Shown here: positions 49,852 through 64,000 of the stretch, piece by piece | Position numbering within the stretch: position 1 is the first letter of the stretch | How the letters are laid out: each line of letters opens with the position of its first letter | NCBI RefSeq assembly: GCF_009914755.1 | Contig: NC_060943.1 | Strand: one strand, 5' to 3' | Source: the human T2T-CHM13v2.0 reference genome, Homo sapiens | Length of the DNA stretch: 64,000 nucleotides | Made by a program: the position numbers and the translations under genes | The notes under the pieces: model-generated | What the model saw: only the letters and a program-made list of their open reading frames with translations | The model's database searches: none | Told to the model about the DNA's origin: nothing

Positions 49852-50770
49852 TAGCTGGTGGCTGGCACGTGGCAGGCATTCCACGGAGCACTGTGGAATG
49901 ATTATCTCTCAGTGGGCTCGCGGGGAGACATGCTGGGTCTCGGGAGAGGCCCGGGCGTGAAGGAATGAAAATCCATCCTGGTCACCTGTGCTGTTGGCTT
50001 GCTGTCCAGCCGGGGAGATGCTTGGCCTTCACTGGAAGTTCCAGAGCCTCGGGATGTGGGAGGTGCAGGTGAAAGGGTGAATGGCACGCCCTTCCCCAAA
50101 GAATATCCCACTCTCTCCTCCCACTCAGGACACTCTGGGTCCGCAAAGCAGCCACCGTGAGTGGCCGCCGCAGTGTCACATCTCCCACCACCCCACTCCC
50201 GCCCTCGTCACTTAGCACACTCCTTGACCTGACTGGACTGGCCAGGCAAATATTTGTTTTACAGAAATCTAAACATGGCCGCAGTGACCCAGTTCTGCGA
50301 GAGCCAGTGGTCTGGAAAGGGTGGCACCGGGGCTGGTCTCGCTTCCCTTTGTGGGCTCCGAGTGACTGCCGACCTTGCCAGAAGCCCTGTCCTCCGGGAC
50401 CAACAGCTTGGCTTGGGGAAGTCGCTGCTTGCTTGGAGGAAGTGGGAAAACCCGCGGGAGTGGACAGCAGGGACTGGGTGTGAGAGAAGTAAAGGGCAGA
50501 GATGAGTGGGCCGCCTTGACTCTGCAGTGTGCCAGTTCCCAGAAGACTCTGCCTCTTGCCAAGAGGAGACCCCACAGGGTAACCACTGCAAGAGAAAGGG
50601 CCCCAGCCTGCTTTGAGAGGGAAGGGGAGAAAGAGCTGCAAGGATGTCAACGAGCGCCTTTGAAAGATCAGGACTTGGCCGGGCACAGTGGCTCATGCCT
50701 GTAATCCCAGCACTTCGGGAGGCCAAGGCGGGAGGATCATGAGATCAGCAGATCGAGACCATCCTGGCTA

Positions 50771-51020
<250 letters not shown>

Positions 51021-51935
51021 TTACTTGGGCTTGTGACAGCCCATTCTACAGGTGGGGAAACTGAAGCTGGGAGGTCACTGGAGCTTGCTCCCAATCAGAG
51101 CCGAGTGAATGAGCAAAAGGGGTTCAGTGGAGGCAGCCCGGCCCCCGGCCTCCCACTGACATGCTGTGTGATAAGCCCAGCAATTACAGCAGGAAAAGTC
51201 ACAGAGTGCAGCCCAGAGAACTGCCCGTGCCGTGCTCTGCGAGACACCCGTGTCCTGTGGGAAGGTCCCGTAAGCCAAGGAGAGTAGAAGCCACCTCAGC
51301 AAGGGACATACGAAAGGCTCATGGGGCGGAAGACCCCTTGGGAAGGTGGCTTCTGAGTATCACGGCTGTGGGCTGATTTCTGGAGGTCCCTCTCCAACTC
51401 GACCCCAAAGAAATGACAGGGGAAAATGCTTCCCTTGTTTCATCCTACTCCATCCAGGCAGGGCCAGCGTGTCCTGCCCTCCAGCCAGAAGGGGCACAGT
51501 TTGTTAGTTCAGCTCCTCCTGAGACAGAAATAAAGACACGAACCAAAGGACATCAGCACTTACAGGGCTCTCAGGTCACACACAGGATGTCCGCGCCCAC
51601 TGCAGAGCTGCAGGTCCCCTCCAGGGCAGTGGGGAGCCACAAGCAGCGTTAGGCAGCGGCTGGGACCAGGACCGCCTGAGCACTCAAGAACCCCCACTGC
51701 CCCAAGCACTGCTGGCAGCAAGCCCAGAAAACTGAGCCCGGGGAGCTCCTCTGAGCGGCCTAAGCACCCCTCTAAGCTGTGCTGCCCCAATTCAAGCCTG
51801 GCTCACGGCAGCAAAGAAAAAATGTGACCTTCGGAGCTCCCAAAGGGGCCACCCATAAGCTGAGAGCCTGCCCGGAAGCACTTATAGACCCGCGTGGCTT
51901 GTTTTCATTGCAAAGAACAATAAAAATTATCTTGC

Positions 51936-52003
51936 CTCTGATCACCACTGATAGCCCAAGAAGCAAAAATTCGATCCCGGGGATGAGAAATGAAATGAAA
52001 CAT
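51936..52003 (-). CDS. DPP9: Candidate alternative N-terminal DPP9 exon (MFHFISHPRDRIFASWAISGDQ+AG) with GC-type donor
   Basis: ATG 52003, 22 codons + 2 nt, ending GAG|GCAAGA; phase 2 matches exon 4. Confidence 0.55.
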
Positions 52004-53431
52004 CGCGAGAAACTTCCAGGAATCTTCTGGATGTGGCTAGACTCTTTAGCTTGAGCTTCCAGACAGGCCGAGGCTTGGTGCTGGAGCCTGGCCCTCCGCT
52101 GACCTCTCTTCTACCCGGGGGCACAGCCCGGATTGCAGAGAGGCTGGCGCAAGAGTGAGGGAGCGAGGGCTAGCCTGTGATGGGCTTTCTCCACCTAGCA
52201 CCACCCTATGCTGTGGCTCAGGGGAGTCAAGAGTTTACACAGCTGCAGAGATGGATTCCAGGCCACTTACTCAAGTCTACCTACTCCTTCCTTCGGCCAA
52301 TCAGCTGGGTGCCTCTGCGGCCTGTGACACCACCAGCAAACAGCTCCAGACCTCCTAGCATGGTCTCTGTCAAGGCTGGGTGGCAGATCTGTGATCTCCT
52401 TTTTAAATTTTTCATTTTTTTTAAGAGATGGGGTCTTGCTATATTGCCCAGGCTGGTCTCAAACTCCTGGGCTCCAGCGATCCTGCCACCTCGGTCTAGC
52501 AAATAGCTGGGATGAGAGGGGTGCAAGCCACCGTGCCCAGCTCCAAAGCTCTGTGATGTCTGTGTCTGAGCTGGTGCTTTGGTGGCGAGCGGGGGCGGGG
52601 GAGTAGTTGGAGATGGGGGAAGTATTTGGACGCCTAGAAGGAACTGTAGATTCAGTGCTGACTGCAGTTCTGAGTTCAGGCCGACCACAAGGTGATAAGG
52701 CAGAAAGAAAGGTGGGAGCCCCTGGCTGGCGTGGGGCAAGGGGCGTATGGGGGTGGTGAGGACAGGGTCCTACCCATGCGCTGGATGGGGAAATGCCTCA
52801 AGGTGGACTTTGGGCAGCCGGCCCAGGCCAGGCAAGTGCCCCTGCAAGTGGGGGCTGCCGGGGAAACAGCATGCCACCCTCTGTCCTACCCAAACTGCCC
52901 CCAGCACTGCCTGGGCCTTTAGCTTTGATGAGCAACCTTTACAGAGTCACCCAGCAGCCTGTGCCCAGGTGGGACATTAAGTGTGTGCAGATAAGGGAAG
53001 GGACACAGATCCCCTTCAGTAACTGACCCCTAAGGCATGTGCCCACCAGACGCTGGGACCACCCGGTTTTAGAGCCCATGGCTGGGCCAATCATAGCCCT
53101 TCACACCGTCCCCGTCTTCCCCGGTCCATTCTTCAATTCCCTTCCCAGCTGAGCATGCTCCATTGAAGCAAACAAGCCTAAGAGTATTAGAAAATTGAAT
53201 ACTGAGAAAGGTTCGCAGGGTCGAGGAATTCCTACCGCCTTTTCATCTCGTGCCAGGCCCTGAGACATGGAGTTTACTGACTGCCCCGGGGGGTGCGTGT
53301 CTAACCACATTCCATCCACACCTGACTTTGGGGGACTTCTTCAGTTCTGGGATCCTCCTCATTTTCAGGACCAAAATAATGGGCTCACACCTGTAATCCC
53401 AGCACTTTGGGAGGCCGAGGCGGGCAGATCA

Positions 53432-53776
<345 letters not shown>

Positions 53777-53788
53777 TTACACTGACAT

Positions 53789-53995
53789 CAGCAGTTCTTA
53801 CCCAGGAGTGATTCTGCCCCCAGCAAACACTTGGTGACATCTGGAGACATCTGTGGTTGTCTCAACTGAGGGGAGCTCCTGGCATGAAGTGGGTGGAGGC
53901 CAGGGACGCTGCTCAGCACCGTGAAGTGCCTGGGATGGCCCCACCCCAGAGAACATTCCAGCCCCAGCGTCCACAGTGCCGAGGGGGAGACCCCG
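53789..53995 (+). mobile_element. MER20, near full length
   Basis: CAGCAGTTCTT...GGAGACCCCG. Confidence 0.8.
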
Positions 53996-54163
53996 CACTA
54001 CGCCACACTGCCTCCTCGCTTGAAATAACCAGAACAGTCTTGGGGACGTGCTGGGGAAGCCAGGGGAGAGGGAAAGAAGGGGCCTTCCAGATCTTAGACT
54101 GTTGGGGAATTCCAGAAGCTGGGCCACATCCTCACGGATCAGGGCCTCCGAGGCCAACCTCAC

Positions 54164-54219
54164 CTTCTCCAACTTCCGGTGTTCTCCTTGTCCAGGCGCA
54201 GTTTCTTAACCTTCCGCAT
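54164..54219 (-). CDS. DPP9: DPP9 exon 3 coding part; long-isoform start (MRKVKKLRLDKENTGSWR, basic NLS). Exon 5' end at 54254
   Basis: cgcAG acceptor at 54255-54256, ATG 54219, AG|GTGAGG donor; in frame with exon 4. Total CDS 2679 nt. Confidence 0.95.
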
Positions 54220-54911
54220 TAACCGCTCAGCTGACCTCAGGAGGGCAGGGGTGCCTGCGGGCAAGTGGGAGGAGAGATCAAAGGGCTGCAACCCCAGCAG
54301 GTGGGGAGTGGGCGCTCCTGCCCCCTTCGCCCCCTCCTCCTCATTTCTCCAGGCAGCCCCCCCAAGCCTCCGGGGAGCACCCTGAAGCCAAGGGCATTCT
54401 GAAGAGACGATGCTTCAGGCCCTGGCCTGAAATGCAGGAGGTTCTGGGCATTTGCCAGAGCCCGTCATCTTTCTCAACAGGAGGTTCCTTTCAAGGTGTA
54501 AAGTCCCTGGGAGTTTCAAGTGACTCCAGGGACATCACACCAGGGCACCTGCTGGAAATAGAAGAATCCCAAATTCCTCACTGTGGCCGTTGCCTGATGG
54601 CCCTGGTGACCTTGCCTACTTGCTTCACCCTTGACCATGACCTTCGGCCACACTTGCCTCCTTCTTGTCCCTCAACACACCTGCTCGCTCCTAGCACACA
54701 GCTTCTGCACGACGCACCCCGTGGCCTGAAATGCCAGTTCCTGCTTTTGATATGACTTGCTCTTTCTTGCCCTGTGGCTCCTGATACCACCTCTTCAGAG
54801 GTCTTTCCTGAGCACCCCATCTGAAGACGCTACCTGACTACCCCCATCACCACACCCAGACGCTGATACAATGGCCTGGACCATAATTCCAGTTGTCCCC
54901 TTCCCCAGGGA

Positions 54912-55120
54912 GAGTGGTTCTCAACTGGGGGCGATTTGGCCCCTCAGGGGACACTGGACAATGTCTGGAGACATGTGTGGCTGTCACAACTCGGGGGTGA
55001 CCCTGGCATGGAGTGGGTGGAGCCCAGAGATGCTGCTTAGCACCCCACAGTGCCCAGGATAACCCACCTCAGAGAAGGATCCCACCTCAAATGTCAGCAA
55101 TGCCAAGCCGGAGACCCCTG
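54912..55120 (+). mobile_element. MER20, near full length
   Basis: AGTGGTTCTCAACTGGGGGCGATTT start matches consensus. Confidence 0.85.
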
Positions 55121-55354
55121 CATCCATTACTTGGGGAGAAACTTGAGTTCAACGCCTACGCTCATATTAATACTGGAATAAACTTCCCATGGAACAAGCA
55201 TTCTAAACGAGGGGGACCCCCAGCTCCTGGGATTCACCTCCTTTCTCCCTCCCCACTCAGGGTGAGGATTTCAATGTGTGCAGCCTCCTGGGACCTTAGT
55301 AGGGCAGAGGATCATGGGACGCAGTCTCTTGGGGATCCATGGAATCCCCTAACC

Positions 55355-55554
55355 CAGGGGTCTCACCTGGGGATAACCGGCCCCCCCAGGGGACATTTTT
55401 GGTTATGACGACTGGGACGGTGAGGGGAGGCATGTGGCCAGTGGAGGCCAGCGATGCTGCTCAACCCCTTACAGTGGACAGAACAGCCCCCCTCCCACTC
55501 CTCTGCCAAGAATGACCCAACCCTAAATATCAGTGGCAAAGCTGAGAAACCCTG
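55355..55554 (+). mobile_element. MER20
   Basis: CAGGGGACATTTTTGGTT...GAGAAACCCTG. Confidence 0.75.
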
Positions 55555-55878
55555 CTGTGGGTAAGGGGGCACTCCTCACGGGAATATCAGTTCCACAGGG
55601 CAGGCCACATCTATCCTGGTCCCAACAGATTGCCTGAGCCCAGACCATGCCTGGTCCTCAACAAACATTTCAGGTTGAATGAATGAGCTACTGTGCTTTC
55701 TTGGATGCCGTCTAAAGTCAAAGGGGCCCCTTGTTTGGTTGGTGCCCAACTACCTTCTCAGACAAGCCAGGTCCCATGATGCGCAGTTGCCCAAAGGCTT
55801 AAAGAAGAGAGGGCCAGCTGGGTACAGTGGCTCACGCCTTTAATCCCAGCACTTTGGGGGGCTGAGGCGGGCAGATCA

Positions 55879-56178
<300 letters not shown>

Positions 56179-56199
56179 TCACTGGCCATACTCTCAGTC

Positions 56200-56420
56200 C
56201 AGTGGTGAAAAGCGTGGGCTCTGGTCTCAGAGAGAAAGGTTCAAATCCTGACTCTGCCACTTCTGGGGAAGTCGCTGAACCTCTCTGAGCTTCCAGTTCC
56301 CCAGCGAGAACATGGTATGACAGTATCTACGCCTGGGGCCACCAAGGGAATTGAATGAGACTGCACACATACAGCTTTTAACACAGTGTCTGATGTAGCA
56401 CAAACTAAATGACAGCTAGC
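56200..56420 (+). mobile_element. MIR SINE
   Basis: GGTTCAAATCCTGACTCTGCCACTT...AACCTCTCTGAGCTTCCAGTT; another MIR at ~10930-11090. Confidence 0.7.
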
Positions 56421-56815
56421 ATTGTCAACTAAACAAGATACTCAAAACCACAGGAAGGGGGAGACTCAAACTAAAGTCCTTTCAGGGCCAGAATCCACAC
56501 CATTTACTGACCGGGTCAGGCAGTGTAGGTGGATCCAGGCACCCCTCCACCAAATCCTGCTGAAATCAGCACTCTCCCCTTCCTCTCCTCAAAGCCTTCA
56601 AAAAGCTCCTTCCAGGGGCAGCTAGAGGGGGACAGGGGTGGAAAGAAAAGCCTCCAGCAGGCGCACAAAAAACTGCAGCCACTGCCCTGCGGAGGACAAC
56701 CATCCAGGGCCATAGAAAACCATTTCCTGCCCATGTCTATATTCTAGAGCAGGCAAAGGAATCCCACCAGCCCACACCCCAGCCTTCCTGGCTGCCAAAC
56801 CCCAGCACAACTGAC

Positions 56816-56868
56816 CTTCTAAAGGGTCCAGAGAGCCTCCATTCCAGCTGCAGGCGTGGGACACAGAC
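56816..56868 (-). other. DPP9: DPP9 exon 2 (5' UTR, 53 nt)
   Basis: aAG acceptor 56869-56870 and AAG|GTCAGT donor; matches the DPP9 mRNA leader as I recall it. Confidence 0.8.
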
Positions 56869-57369
56869 CTTTATAGGATAAACATGTCATGAATGTGGCA
56901 GGTTAATGGAAGCACCGGCCAGCCGTTCAGCCTCCCCCACTCAGGAGCTGCAGACTGTCAGGCCCGATTCTACCTGGCTAGATTCTAGCTCTGCCTTGAA
57001 GCCCTGCAGCACTGTCTGCATGCCCTGGACAGAATCTGGGAGAGAAGCCATCCCACGGGCCCCGATTCCCCTGGGACCCAGCAGAGGAATGCAGGGATTG
57101 GTGCCTACGGTCCACACCCCCTGGGCTTTAGTCCCAGCTCCTCGAAAGCAGGTTGGTTCTTGCCTGGGAGGCAAGTGACTTCCTCCTGGGGCCCCTGGGG
57201 AAGACCAGGGGGTGGGGGCCAAGGGAATAGACCACTTTTGATGGCTCAGAGGCAGCGTGAACAGGGAAGTGTCAGGGCTGGCCTAAGGCTGTGTGGGAAG
57301 AAGGTAGGCGGTTGGACAGGCCTGAGAAGGGAGGCTGAGAGAAGGGGGCTGAACCCTGTGGGCTGGACC

Positions 57370-57408
57370 CTTGGAAGACAGCTATGCTAACCACTACACC
57401 ACCAACGC
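57370..57408 (-). pseudogene. 3'-truncated copy (5' half) of tRNA-Gly(TCC)
   Basis: GCGTTGGTGGTGTAGTGGTTAGCATAGCTGTCTTCCAAG, 37/39 identical to 58387-58425; no 3' acceptor strand. Confidence 0.9.
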
Positions 57409-57759
57409 CTCGGCAGGAAAAAGAGTCTCTGGATACCCTTAATAGAGGGATCAAGTAGGGTTGAGGATCAGGACTGGATTGGGGAGACCAAGCCTCGGGG
57501 CGAAGGTTGGAGGAAGTGGTAAAGGAGTGAGGACAGGATGCAGGTCGAGGGAGGTGGCCTCTGTGCATATACAGCATTTGCATGGGGAGAGGGAGGAGAT
57601 CGGGACCTCCAGAGCCTGCACGAAAGGGGAGAGGGTGTCAAGGTCTGCAGCTACGAGGACGTTCTTGGGTGCGGCCACCTCCGGAAGGGGTCAGAGCCTG
57701 GTGGCCTGGGCAGCAACGGGATGGGTGGGGAAGCCCATCAGGGAAGGGGAGAAACTGGG

Positions 57760-58818
<1,059 letters not shown>

Positions 58819-58957
58819 CAATCACGGAAAATTTTTTTAAATCCCATAAAAATGTCTAAAAGGCAGGAGGAAGGCGGAAGAGAAAGAATGGGACTAGAAT
58901 CGTTCTTTCGGTGAATTTCAAATAGTATTACTCTCCGGTTAGGAAAAACAGCTGACC

Positions 58958-59030
58958 TGTTTCCGCCCGGGATCGAACCGGGGACCTTTCGCGTGTGAGG
59001 CGAATGTGATAACCGCTACACTACGGAAAC
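58958..59030 (-). tRNA. TRV-CAC3-1: tRNA-Val, anticodon CAC
   Basis: 73 nt GTTTCCG...CGGAAACA; GGTTCGATCCC B box; T5 terminator at 58944-58948. Copy-number suffix from memory. Confidence 0.97.
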
Positions 59031-59338
59031 CGGTAGGCGTCATAATTCTTTAAATTCTCCTATAGAGATAATGTTGCAGTGATAGTTGCGTTGTCCCACC
59101 AAAGAAACACTGGCTACAGTCAGCTAAAGCAATATCCGCTCTTCCTGAATATCTGTTATTGTATTTGATACAGTAGAGACCGAAAGAAGGAAAATAAGGA
59201 AGACAAAAAGAAATCCAATAAACACCCTTTCCAACACACCCACCCACCCACACACATGTTTATCACTTTATCATAAATCCACCTTCCATTAAAACAATGC
59301 ACGTCAAACGGCCCACAAACCCATCCGGGGTCAAATGA

Positions 59339-64000
<4,662 letters not shown>

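Noticed and set aside
57370-57408. A third functional tRNA gene
   Set aside because: 3' half cannot form the anticodon, T or acceptor stems; treated as a pseudogene fragment.

Overview
Human (primate) genomic DNA, recognisable as the chr19p13.3 MYDGF-DPP9 locus. It is GC-rich and very Alu-dense. Minus strand: the complete DPP9 gene, with 2 non-coding and 20 coding exons that I traced by hand (all GT-AG). The coding exons sum to 2679 nt = 892 aa + stop, and the catalytic triad is S759/D837/H869. About 4.9 kb downstream lie MYDGF exons 1-2; the rest of MYDGF is outside the window. Just upstream of DPP9 are a tRNA-Gly(TCC) gene (+) and a tRNA-Val(CAC) gene (-). Almost all ORFs in the supplied track are Alu, simple-repeat or GC-content artefacts. 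I see no new protein-coding system. The most interesting under-described structures are: (1) an inverted partial duplicate of the tRNA-Gly gene plus its 5' flank inside DPP9 intron 1, so that the DPP9 promoter is bracketed by two outward-facing tDNA copies; (2) two strong-Kozak uORFs ahead of a weak/strong AUG pair, which could switch nuclear versus cytosolic DPP9; (3) an in-frame alternative N-terminal exon with a GC donor that appears to carry the Pro8 disease-risk allele; (4) a transposon-supplied intronic poly(A) signal that would give a catalytically dead 518-aa DPP9; (5) eight MER20 copies, most sharing non-consensus bases; (6) a Sp/KLF motif array and + strand splice sites outlining the antisense transcript. 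Repeat boundaries and subfamily names are approximate, made by eye.
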